This document shows positions 25,790 through 37,955 of a DNA stretch of 44,388 bases, piece after piece. Source of the stretch: Octopus bimaculoides (taxonomy: Eukaryota); contig NC_068998.1 in NCBI RefSeq assembly GCF_001194135.2, positions 25,059,286 to 25,103,673 of the forward strand, in the 5' to 3' direction. The notes under the pieces are model-generated. The model searched no databases, was not told where the DNA came from, and worked only from the letters and a program-made list of their open reading frames with translations. Made by a program: the position numbers and the translations under genes. Numbering within the stretch: the first letter of the stretch is position 1; each line of letters starts with the position of its first letter.

Positions 25790-26399
25790 TTATGTTTGAC
25801 TTTTGTTTTGCATTTGTACAAGTTGGATCCAAGTCTCACCCAGAGACCTCAAGAGACAACAAGCTAGAAGTTCATGTAGGTGTTATGCCTAGGGTACCAT
25901 ATATTTGGATTTGTACAGTTTTGTTCAAGTGAATGTTTAAGAAACCATAAGAAAATTATGTGTTTGCTTTAAAATTTTAGATCACATAGACAGTATTTTA
26001 CGTAGGATATGGGNNNNNNNNNNNNNNNNNNNNNNNNNNNNNNNNNNNNNNNNNNNNNNNNNNNNNNNNNNNNNNNNNNNNNNNNNNNNNNNNNNNNNNN
26101 NNNNNNNNNNNNNNNNNNNNNNNNNNNNNNNNAAGATCTTTATATTTGCTCAGTTTTTGGTAGGTCTTGACAGATACATTTACATCGATTGGGACAGTCA
26201 TATCAATGAGGAGGCATGATTTTTGTCTGAAATCTTTCAGTATGATGTCTGGCCTATTTGCGTCTATCTTTCTGTCAGTTTGAATGGTGAAGTTCCAGAG
26301 GAGTGCAATGTGATCATTTTCAAGTACTGGGGGTGGTTTGTGTTCCCACCAGTTTTTATCATGAGGCAAGTCCAGGTTTTTGCATATTACCCAGTGAAT
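25789..26399 (-). mobile_element. 5'-truncated R4/Dong-like retrotransposon (REL endonuclease plus 3' UTR), flanked by (AAT)n on both sides
   Basis: IHWVICKNLDLPHDKNWWEHKP..LLWNFTIQTDRKIDANRPDIILKD..LLIDMTVP..KLSKYKDL-[gap]-HILRKILSM*. (ATT)n on the + strand at 25744-25788 and 26400-26423. Confidence 0.9.
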
Positions 26400-26427
26400 A
26401 TATTATTATTATTATTATTATTATAGC

Positions 26428-26486
<59 letters not shown>
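26428..26486 (+). repeat. (AGT)n microsatellite
   Basis: Direct reading. Confidence 0.95.
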
Positions 26487-26709
26487 AGGTGATGATATTG
26501 CAATATCCTTAGAGCAAAGGTCAAAATGCTTCGTTACACTTTTTACATGCATTTATTTACTCTCTAAATTCACATCTTACGAAAGTCAAGTTTGCTTTCC
26601 GTCTTACGTGGTCGATGAAATAAAGTGCCACTCAAAAACTATCGATGATGTCAAATAGACCCCTCCTCGCTATAGTGTTCTTGTGCCACAATATAAAATT
26701 ACAACAAAA

Positions 26710-26830
26710 TGTCGAGCAGGCAGAATTGTTAGCGTGGCGAACAAAGTGTTAACTGGAATTTCTTTCAGCTTTTTTACTCACTATTTCACTATTCTGGTTG
26801 TTTTTGCATTTCACTCCTTCCAGGAGTAAG
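26710..26830 (+). mobile_element. Degraded tRNA-derived SINE copy
   Basis: CGAGCAGGCAGAATTGTTAGC matches the family head CGAGCTGGCAGAATCGTTAGC seen at 33305-33327 (minus). Confidence 0.5.
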
Positions 26831-27000
26831 CTATGATACCCAAAAGACATCCGGATGAATCACAAGCAACTAAATCAAGTATACCAAACTATTGCAACAA
26901 CAACTAGCACATCCATCAGAATGCGCTTCGTTACAACGACACCATTTCTTCATATAACAGACATAAACGTAGACACACAGAATATGTTTAAGAAAAAACC

Positions 27001-27163
27001 CAAATTTTGGCACAAGGCCAGAAATATCGGCCGAGGTGCTAAGTTGATTACATGAAACCCATTTCTCAACCTCGGGAGAATTTGAACTCAAGACGTAAAG
27101 ACTGGCGAAATGCACTTATGAATTTCGAATGCGTACTAACCATTGTGCTAGCTCGCCGCCTTA
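27001..27163 (-). mobile_element. tRNA-derived SINE copy (internally deleted)
   Basis: Minus strand AAGGCGGCGAGCTAGCACAATGGTTAG...GAGTTCAAATTC (B box)...ATGTAATCAACT...ATTTCTGGCCTTGTGCC. Confidence 0.75.
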
Positions 27164-27642
27164 CTGCTCCAATTTATATTGTTATTGTTTTCATTTTGTA
27201 ACCCGTCAATCTCTTTACGTGGTAAACTGTATATTTTGTAGATTGCATTTAAATGCCTGGTAGTTGTTTGTAAAATAGATATATCTTATTTTATTTAGTC
27301 ACAAAATTTTATTTTCCGATTACAAATCAGACCATGTCGACTAAGAGTTTTCTTCTTATTGTGAATTGAGGAAATAACTGCCTGTGGAGTACCGAGTTGT
27401 TCTAATCGATTAATTTCCCCACAGCTGGAAACCTGTCATTGTTCTTTTCTTGTAAATCTTTATAAATACGGAAACTTTTCAAGTTTAAATGTTTAATTAC
27501 TCTTGATTAAATGCATGTTGGGGGGAAAGATTTGGGTATGGTTAAAATATCGAAAGTCAATTGTAAATTATGTTCTATGATATTGAGTTTTTACGCCAAT
27601 ATTTATATGTTGTGTTAAAGAGAAACCTTACCGTGACGGATA

Positions 27643-27815
27643 TGCTATTCGTTTTATCATCCTGTATATCCTTCCCTCAAATCCTACTGCAGTCAACTTT
27701 GCTATTCCTTTTATCTTCCTCTATATCCTTCCCTCAAATCTTACCACAATCCAATGTTCTATTCGTTTTATCTCCCTCTATATATTTCCCTCAAATATTA
27801 CGCAGTAAACATTGC
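27643..27815 (+). repeat. 57-bp minisatellite, 3 units
   Basis: T(G/T)CTATTC(G/C)TTTTATC..CCT.TATAT..TTCCCTCAAAT at 27643, 27700 and 27757. Confidence 0.9.
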
Positions 27816-28808
27816 TTCTTATACTTCTACAATGAATAAAAGTAAATCCTTAATAAATTACAGGGAATAGATTAAATCTGTGGGCTCAATTTTACATTTC
27901 ACATCTTGTTTAGTAGTTTGTAGTCATATGACTTAAGGTCTCCATTCAAACCCCACTCAGGCTGATTTAATTTTCCTCTTTCACTGATCAATAAAACAGT
28001 ACTTGTCAACATTACTTGCACAACACTTCCTCAACGGTTTTGACCTCAGGCAGAATTTACAAATGACTATTATAAAATATCGGCAAATTTTATAATGAAT
28101 TAATGAAACTCTATTATGATAGTATAATTAGAGAATTTATTAATGTAAGGTGTGTCCTTGAACATTCCTCTATTTAAAAAAGATTTTTTTTGACGTTTTC
28201 TTGATTTCGTGTCTTCCAAATTTTCTTCATTTCTCCTTATGTCTGCTCTTATTTAAAAGCATATAATATTAAAATGGAGATACTAGTGATTAATGAGTGA
28301 AACAAATTAAAACATTTGAAAATAATCAATATGTCAGAAATATAACAGAAATATGTTTTAATCACATGTTACAGAAAAATGGGAGTGTTTTGAGTAGCAA
28401 TTCAGATTTGCTAAACCATAACAAAAAGAAAAAAGAGACACACACACACACACACACACAAGCTAGTAACAACATGAATGACAACATTCAAAAATATGAA
28501 TCGGGAGAGTTTTAAAAGACCTTTTGATTCAGATGCTTGAAGTGTCATATGTCTATAGTCAAATTATTTATTTACTGGTGTATTAAGTTGTTTATAAGAT
28601 GGCTGAATGGAAGTCTCACTAGGCCATCGGAAATTTTGCCGTGCAATATTTATTCACTCGATTTGACTTAAGTTCATATATCCTTGTGTTCGGCTTTACC
28701 TGTTACTCCCTCACTTTCGATAAATAGGTTATCAGACCGGTAGATTAACGTAACTTTTAATGCATCAGACGGGAAGCCATCCTTTAGCGCAACTCTAGAG
28801 TCGTCGTC

Positions 28809-29039
28809 AGGACACCGTTAGGATCAGTGTACGAGCAAATCCTCTTTATTTGTTCAATAGAACCTATGGCTATGAATTGAAATTAGTTCGGGTTTAGGAG
28901 AATTTCTTCCTACTATCTTGGCACGAACATTTTGCTGCAGGCAATTTTTCCAGATCTTTCGCCTAAGTATCAATAGGCAAAGAGAAGTCTATCTGTTTCT
29001 ATCTCTCCCTACCTACCTCCTTCCTTCTCTTTCGCTCGC
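28809..29039. repeat. Direct repeat copy 1 (LTR-like; partner at 30501)
   Basis: About 8 mismatches over the first ~195 bp against 30501-30735. Confidence 0.9.
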
Positions 29040-30500
29040 ATACATTTGCTGGTTTTTGATGCACAAATAATTTTTCAGTATATAACGGTAGAAATTTTTA
29101 CTCCTATATTCTTGTGACACGTAATGGAAGTAGGTGGGTGGAGAGGTAAATACAAAAAAGTTAAGTGAGAGTCGGCCGAAATAATTTTGGTTATACTCAA
29201 TATGATGTTCAGATTTTGATAACGTGATCTTTGTGACAGCAGGTGAAATTTACTTTGCGACATATGACAAGAATCTGAGTACTCAGACATCGTTCGTCAT
29301 CAACTTCCATAGACATACACTATTTGCAAACAATAGGCTTTCATTGCATTAATCAAAAGATACTTAAAAATGCTTCTAATGTGAGCAGAAAGAATTATTC
29401 CTTTGTAAGAAGAGCAGGGTATAACGTCTATTTTTTTTATGATACCCTATACACAAATATATATGTAAAAGTCCACATAGACCATAAATAGAGATTAACT
29501 TCGTACATGACCACCAATGTCTAGTGCTGATCTTCAGGAAACATTAGTATCCATATTAGAGTACGTATGAGTTCGAGTTAGTGTTGCTCTGACATGAAAA
29601 TAGTTCATCATATGCTGTTCCAAAAGAGGTGATCGGATAGGACCACTAGCCTAACTCAGATGTTTTATCTCTATCAGTCTCCTTGCCTCCATCTCTGTCT
29701 CTCTCCCCTCCCCCTCTCTTTTTTACTACCAACGTTGCAACAACTACTGCTTTTCTGCACTTATATGTTACATACATGTTGTTCCATCTAATACAACAAA
29801 GTTTCCTAGCTTCAACTTCTTTCACCAATAAATAAAATCTCTAACAACTTGCGTAGTCATTTGTTCCGAGACATGAAAATATCTACGTACGTAATTCCAA
29901 ATGTAATAACAATCGAGTCCACAAAGTTCAAGTGTGCTGGTCCGTCATAACAACGTGAAGGGCGAATCTTAATGCATTGAAACATGAAACAAAACTTATC
30001 ACAATATAGATCAACCACAAATGTTGAACTATTGTTTGTATTAAATTTATAATGAGTAGCGTACCCCATAACCTAAAGAGTTGTACGGGGCGAGACAAAC
30101 CTCATCTATACTTTTCGCTTTGTTTCGCGTACTATTGTTTACTAGTTAATCGCAGTCTATCAATCTCTGTGACATATCCATTGAAGCTAGGCTCTCAACT
30201 GTAAATCAACGAACGAAACTCGTGTCAATTTTACAGTGGTGTCCCAATTTGACTGACTTTACAGTCAGTTAAGAATCGGATAGTTGAAACTTCATTACCT
30301 CGGATACATAATGAGACTCTGACAGGTCTCTGGTCGCATGGTGACCATCATCGTAGGTTGTTGTCGTCATCATTGCCACAATCACCAGTCTACCAGTAGA
30401 AAATGCATTGCTGGGGAGTATAAAAATATAGATAAATAATATTGCGTAGTGTAAATTATAGCAATTAAAAAACACACACACACACGCACAACAGAGCCTA

Positions 30501-30850
30501 AGGACACTGTTAGGATCAGTGTACGAGCAAATCCTCTTTATTTGTTCAATAGAACCGATGGCTATGAATTGAAATTAGTTCGGGTTTAGGAGAATTTCTT
30601 CCTACTATCTTGGCACGAACGTTTTGCTGCAGGCAATTTTTCCAGGTCTTTCGCCTAAGTTTCAAAAGGCAAAGAGAAATCTATCTGTCTCTATCTCTCC
30701 CTCCCTCCCTACCTCCTTCTTTCTCTTTCTCTCGCTTTCTCCTTTTCTCTTTCGCCTTCTTGCTCTGCTCCCCCCTCTCTTTTACGAATGGCCTGGTCCA
30801 AGAATTTAGGAAGAATATCTGCCAAAGACATGCAATCAACCTATTTTACA
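30501..30850. repeat. Direct repeat copy 2; possible LTR (TGTTAGG...TTTTACA, 30508-30850)
   Basis: Near-identical to 28809-29039 over about 230 bp. Has TG...CA ends and a minus-strand AATAAA about 30 nt before the end. No TSD seen. Confidence 0.6.
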
Positions 30851-31398
30851 CTTCACATATACATGCATGTGCATACATACATACAAACATGAATGCATAT
30901 ATACACGTGTGTACGTATGTATTATGTATAGGTAATTATATATGTAAGTGTGTGTAAATCTCAACTATTTACTCGTTCTTTCTGGAACACACATAACATG
31001 AACTGTTCGTACAAAAAAATCATAATTACGAGCAGATATATCTAGGGAACATATATATGTATATATGTGTGTGCGTGTGTCTGTTTGCCCATACGTGCGT
31101 GCGTCTGTGTGTGTGTGTGTCTGTCTGTCTGTGTGTGTGTGTGTGTCTGTGTGTGTGTGTGTGGTGTGTGTGTGTGTGTGCGCGCGCGCGCGGGGGTGTG
31201 CGTGTGTGTCTGTGCGTCTGTGTGACAATGTTGTCGTTAGACATTTTTGCCTATAGGGAAATTACTTCGCGGTAAACTGCAGTGAAAGAGCGGTTACAAA
31301 TTGAAATATGTCCCAAACATATTTGAACTGACCTAAAGTATGTTTATTTTCCAACACTACTTAATGTATATGCATTTCATATTCATAATAACATCCAC

Positions 31399-31583
31399 AA
31401 GGCGGTGAGCTGGTTGAATAGTTAGCGCGCTGGACGAAATGCTTAGCGGTGTTTAACCCGTTGCTAAGTTCAGATTTCAAATTACGCCATGCTCGACTTT
31501 GCCTTTCATCCTTTCTGGGTAGATGTAATTGACTCTCACACTACCATAAATTTCAGGGTTGTACCTATATTAGAAAGGATTAT
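31399..31583 (+). mobile_element. tRNA-derived SINE (octopus-type)
   Basis: AAGGCGGTGAGCTGGTTGAATAGTTAGC (A-box region), a B-box-like GATTTCAAAT, CGACTTTGCCTTTCATCCTTT, and the tail TAGAAAGGATTATAA. Confidence 0.8.
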
Positions 31584-33304
31584 AACATCTGCAATCATAT
31601 AGTGTAAAAAAAAGACAATGCAGGGGCTTATCAAGATTAAGCCTGATCAAAAGCATATGGAAAGCTTCAATTACTGAACTTCACAAACTATAAGTAGGAA
31701 TTTTAGTCAGAAATTCTACCAGAATCATTTTCGATCTGTAACAAAAGCAATGCCCTTAGTTTGACGTCGCAAATGTAGAAACTACTGCAATTTCGTTTTT
31801 TGGATTCCTTATTCGAAGTTTTAATATCATATATATTAAGACCATAAGAACAAGTTAACTACAATATACGTGTATGGGCAATCGACTTGTTAGAAATAGC
31901 GAGCAATTTTGATTTAATTTAAACACATCCATATGTAAGTCAATATGTAGTTCTAGATACACGAATCCTGAATGAGAGATGAAATACTTAAAGCAGGGAC
32001 ATTGTTTATGAAAACTCTGCTCGGTCAGGATTTAACAGGAGCGTAACAGAGGCAACAAATTCATAATAAAAGATCAGAGGCAGGAAAGTCTACAAGTGGG
32101 TCAAACTATTAGAATTAGTTGGCGTAATATCCTTAAAATACACATTTAAATAATCTAAAAAGTATCATGTGCTCATGTTTCAAATAAAAGAAGCGTACAG
32201 ATGATTACAAAGCAATAAGATAATAATATGTGTCGGGAAGAGTGCCACTACTTGGCCTTCAACTTTCTAAAAATAACATCTAAATCTCCATCAAGTCATA
32301 TCGTTGCATTCCACTATAAGCAAGTTTCATGTGGCTTTACATGAGACTAAAAGATAAATGGAACAAGAGCAAAGTGAAATTTGATATCCCTTTATAGTAA
32401 TAGCGGATATAAAATCTGATTTGTTCATTTCTTCAGTCTCACTGCATATGGTATGGACAGTGGGGACCGATCATGAAAGAGAAATACAAGGAGAGATATT
32501 ACTAGAAATGGAGCGTGTGTGCAAATGCTAAGCTTGGTGGAAGGAATGCTACACTGTGAGAAAACATCATAGAGACTGTGGGGATAGAGTAGATGTAGGT
32601 AAGACCGATTAGGTAGAAGAGGTATTACAGAGCGGAAAAAAATGTCTTATTTGATTTTATTTCAAGGTAGTAAATATTTTTCTTTTGAAAATAGTATTCT
32701 TTCCATAACGTTGTAAAATTATAGTTTAACTTAGATAGGAGTTAAATCATAATTATTATAATTATGCTATATTTCTTTATATTACTTATAGTGGCAGTCA
32801 TAGGACGTATAACTCTAGTTAGTATTATAAAAACAATTATTTTTACAAGGTCGTATTTCAAAAATAGATTTGATATGTTTTACTAGACTCTGGTTGCTAG
32901 AATTATTGTCCTATTATTAGAATTAATTTTCTTTATTAAAAAAAAATACCAGCGAATGTTTTGCACCTGGGAAACTTAACATATGTCGTCGTGCTTAGTT
33001 TCAATACATTTGTGTCGAAATCCATGTAACCATAAGTAATTATTATTAATATATTCAACATATTAGTTTGCAAAGAAGGTGAGAGTTTTTAAAGATTGTT
33101 TTACACTCTAACCCATAGACGTATTGTATTGATGTTAAACTTGAGGCCATGCAGCCTAATGCATTTTTAAAACACGATTAGCGGCTTTATAACTGATTGA
33201 ATAACATGTTAGAATGAGTGTTAAGTGGGAAACACAGCAAGAATATTGATTGTTGGACAGGTAAGGACGCTGCTGTGGTACACATGGTGATAACGTATGC
33301 CTTG

Positions 33305-33327
33305 GTGCTAACGATTCTGCCAGCTCG
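33305..33327 (-). mobile_element. SINE head fragment
   Basis: Reverse complement is CGAGCTGGCAGAATCGTTAGCAC. Confidence 0.55.
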
Positions 33328-33945
33328 GTACCACATTGCAATCGTTATAATATTATCGGGACAGAAATATAGAGGATGCACTATTGGTTGTAGTACGCTG
33401 TTGAGTGAGATATTTCACACATATCAGATGGTCGAATGCCTACGTTTTAGGGGAGCGTTGTGTAGGCTCTTTTCTTTCAAAACATATCGTATCATATCAT
33501 ATACTATCGTATATATACATATANNNNNNNNNNNNNNNNNNNNNNNNNNNNNNNNNNNNNNNNNNNNNNNNNNNNNNNNNNNNNNNNNNNNNNNNNNNNN
33601 NNNNNNNNNNNNNNNNNNNNNNNNNNNNNNNNNNNNNNNNNNNNNNNNNNNNNNNNNNNNNNNNNNNNNNNNNNNNNNNNNNNNNNNNNNNNNNNNNNNN
33701 NNNNNNNNNNNNNNNNNNNNNNNNNNNNNNNNNNNNNNNNNNNNNNNNNNNNNNNNNNNNNNNNNNNNNNNNNNNNNNNNNNNNNNNNNNNNNNNNNNNN
33801 NNNNNNNNNNNNNNNNNNNNNNNNNNNNNNNNNNNNNNNNNNNNNNNNNNNNNNNNNNNNNNNNNNNNNNNNNNNNNNNNNNNNNNNNNNNNNNNNNNNN
33901 NNNNNNNNNNNNNNNNNNNNNNNNNNNNNNNNNNNNNNNNNNNNN

Positions 33946-33993
<48 letters not shown>

Positions 33994-34331
33994 TTTGTAA
34001 GCTTTCAAAAACGAATAGAGAGAGACAGACTATCTGAAGACTATGGAAATATTTACCTATTTAAAGACTATGGAAATATCTGCAAAACCTTAATTTTTTC
34101 TCAAATTTAATTGTTTTTCTTATTTTACACTTAGTGAAAAAATGTCTAAAAGACGGAAACTAGTATAAAAATGTACTTCATGATGAAATTATTTTAGCAT
34201 TTTCTACCCTGTCTTATTTTCCTTATACTAACATACATACATACATATATACATACACACACACACATGCACACACACACGCACACACACACACATACAC
34301 ATAGATATAAATATACATACATATAATTGTA

Positions 34332-34567
34332 TATAATCATAAATATATAGGGATCAGCATGAGTTGCTTCACCAACATACTGAAAATTTAGAAATAGCAG
34401 TCAAAGAACTACTGATTCCAAACTACAATTTCTTTTCTCTCTAATATCGCCATTCGTTAGAGAATAAAATTTGTAGTTTGGAATCAGTAGTTCTTTGACT
34501 GCTATTTCTAAATTTTCAGTATGTTGGTGAAGCAACTCATGCTGATCCCTATATATTTATGACTATA
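34332..34567. repeat. Palindrome with perfect 92-bp arms (34337-34428 / 34471-34562)
   Basis: Base-by-base reverse-complement check shows the arms are identical; the 42-nt spacer is itself partly paired (TCTCTAA/TTAGAGA). Confidence 0.95.
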
Positions 34568-34808
34568 AATGGTTTTACCGATGAAGGTTTTTTTTCATAC
34601 TGAACTACTTGGCAAAATTGTTAATTATTAATTTTATTACTAATTGGCAATTCCCTGCACTATATCTGTATATTTATAATTGTATATATGTAGATAACTT
34701 CTAAGCACATGCTGTCATAGCACAATGTTGAATTACGACTTGCAACGTTCTTTTTTTCATAAAGACTATTTCTATTTCTGCATTCTATCTATCTATCTAT
34801 CTATCAAC

Positions 34809-34890
<82 letters not shown>

Positions 34891-34977
34891 NNNNNNNNNN
34901 NNNNNNNNNNNNNNNNNNNNNNNNNNNNNAGAGAGAGAGAGAGAGAGAAAGGGAGAGGGAGAGAGAGAGAGATAGAG

Positions 34978-35009
34978 ATAGATAAATAGATACATAGATA
35001 CATAGATAA

Positions 35010-35063
<54 letters not shown>

Positions 35064-35124
35064 TGACAGACAGACAGACAGACGGGCGGACAGACAGATA
35101 GATAGATTGATAGATGGATAGATG

Positions 35125-35197
<73 letters not shown>
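34978..35197 (+). repeat. (GATA)n/(GACA)n compound microsatellite
   Basis: Direct reading. Confidence 0.95.
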
Positions 35198-35198
<1 letters not shown>

Positions 35199-37599
35199 AC
35201 TATACTATTTCTATATGGGTCGAAATATGGCAAGTGCATACCAGAATAATTTTAGACGTTTTAATGTATTTCTTTCCTGACTCGATACAAGTGTCTGTAA
35301 TTTCATGATGTTTAATTCTTAAAATAACCTTCAAAACCTATTATTTTTGTAATCAAGCATTGGACAAAACTATCCCAAGATAGTTTCCTTAGAAACACAT
35401 TTCTGTATAACACACAAAAAGAGACTGATTATTCATAGAAAATAAATATTGCAGTGGCATGTTGTAAACGTGATATTTAACAGTTTTATGGTAGAGGTCC
35501 GTTAAATTCAAATATCGAAGGGAAAGCAGAATTATGATTTTTTTATATTATCAGTCAAGGGAAAAAAATTCACAGCGATTTTATCGGAAGCGTCTTTTTA
35601 AATCAGCTTCTTTCATAACAAACAGCGACTAAATATTGAACAAATTTGAAACATCAGTGCCTAAAATAATGCAATGTTTAATATCATTCTGTCTGCATAG
35701 AGACATTAAAACAATGCATATATAATTTAAACATTATGTGCAACTAACGTCTTGTATATAACAATCATTACATTCTTATCTAATCTCTAAACGCTTCAAT
35801 AACTGACTATAATCAATCTTTTCATGTTTTCTTTTTAAACAGCAGCTTTCACTAACCTGTCAACACTGTCTTCGCCTCAGACACACTTGTTTTCACTCAT
35901 CTCATAGTCAAAACTTATTACTATTGATCTTTCTCTTCTCTGTTAATTTCTTCTCAGACATAAGATGCGATAATATTCAACAACGTTCTAATTTCAAGAA
36001 TACAATATTGTGCTTTAACTGTAATAACAGAACTGATGTTATCATTAAACAGGTGTTTGAAATTGAACTTCTATAAGCTTTTACAACTGATAATATTCGC
36101 AATATTTTCAAATATACTCTTTTGCAGTTTGCTACAGATGACAACGCATGTATCATGCCAATTTGTAAACTAATATATATTGACATTTCAAATTCAAAAA
36201 GCTCATCAGAAATATTAAAGATACGCAAGTATAGAGATACGCGCACAGATCAGACTCATACCCATTCATTTTTCTCTATTTTACTACCATAATCTTGATA
36301 AGAGAATAATGATGGATGAAGACATGTAAGATTGCGTAATATTATCAAATCCATACAATGCAGAGTGACTAATATATAGTTGTACCCCCAGTTTAAGCAT
36401 TCTGTGCGCGTTTGGAACCAGTTGCAACACCCGCTAGTAATGCCCTTATTCATCGCATAAATTATTTTCATATTTGAAGCATCACATTTCTGTTTCCTTA
36501 GTTGTATATCATGGTATAGTTATAATCATGACACTTGATACGAACTCGTTTTCAATACTTTACACACGTGTCGTCACTAAGAGTTGTAAATATTCGTGTA
36601 CATTTATATGAACATCATAAGAGTAAATCACAGCATATCTAAAGTAATATTTTTTTTTATAAACTTCTAATCCGTATTTGTTGAGCTATGTAATTAAGCT
36701 TTATATTATGTTTTATTACGAGGCTGTAATTAAATATATTACTGGAAAAATTTGTATATTTTTAGTTACTACCACCAATGGAATGAAACGCAAGTTACTG
36801 ACTTATTAATTTTTGATGTGAAAACTTTAGCAATTTATGAGTGTCTATCATCAGATGAAAGAGAATCTCAAGAACTTATGGCATTATGGCTGCGAGGATG
36901 CGTCAAGTAATTCATTCTCAAGACACTTATCTTTCTTTGATTTATCTGACTAACTTATCAATCTCCTATAACTTCTTAATTCTGTGGCGAAAATCTTGCC
37001 AAATCGAATAAAAAGCTTTAGTAACACTCACAATATTACGATATCAAAAGCTGTGCCAACATTTTACATTAACTGCTCTTTTTAATCAAATACAGATGGA
37101 ATCATATATCGAGATTCGATTGTGCACTTGCTTTCAACGTACATATACCCAAATTGGAACAATGTTCTCTTGTGTGAATTATTTATACGTTTCTCTAATT
37201 TCTTTATCTAGCGAATAATACAAGACTTTTGATGGCATCTTCCAACAGCACTGCCAATTTATAGTAGTTAAATGCAACCAATCGACATGTTATAAAAATT
37301 TAAGTAGCATTTATCAGCTGATGCAACACCTTAGAAGAAACGTATCGAAAACTATAGAACAAGGATGTCCTTGTTATAAAAATACTTTACAATGCATTTC
37401 AGTGTTATTCTGCAATTTATGGCTTATCATACAGATCTTACACCACGACAATTTCGTTGGATGACAATTGTAGTCTTTTTTTTTTTTTTTAAGTAGGGTT
37501 ATTCCTTTTTGAGAAGTGATTCTGACACGTAGCTTCCGATTAAAAAATATCAGCAGACAATGAAATATATCTCCTGTACATTGGGTTGGATGTGTATTC

Positions 37600-37742
<143 letters not shown>

Positions 37743-37837
37743 TATACACAGAAAGACATGCTGAGACATATGTGTGTTTGCATGGATAAATCATCTCTTC
37801 TTTCTTGTTCACCTCCTCAAACTTTATTGCCACTGCT

Positions 37838-37874
37838 ACTACTACGACTACTACAGTAACAGAAGCAGCGGCAT

Positions 37875-37931
<57 letters not shown>

Positions 37932-37955
37932 TATTAATAGTAGTAGTAGTAGTAG
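37838..37955 (+). repeat. Compound (ACT)/(GCA)/(AGT) trinucleotide tract
   Basis: Direct reading. Confidence 0.9.

Noticed and set aside
27643-27815. CRISPR-like array (also 6804-6919 and 22282-22329)
   Set aside because: These are head-to-tail tandem units without unique spacers, in a eukaryotic context with no cas genes.
28785-28815. Functional hammerhead on the minus strand (CUGACGA plus stem II)
   Set aside because: GAAA and stems I/III are missing, so it cannot be called a ribozyme; noted only within the direct-repeat finding.
32660-32890. Degenerate inverted repeat around 32760
   Set aside because: AT-rich with low identity; cannot be distinguished from chance by eye.
36840-37300. 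Faint Helitron-like peptides (VLLEDAIKS, CLENELLDAS)
   Set aside because: Too short and riddled with stops; no Rep or helicase motif is visible.
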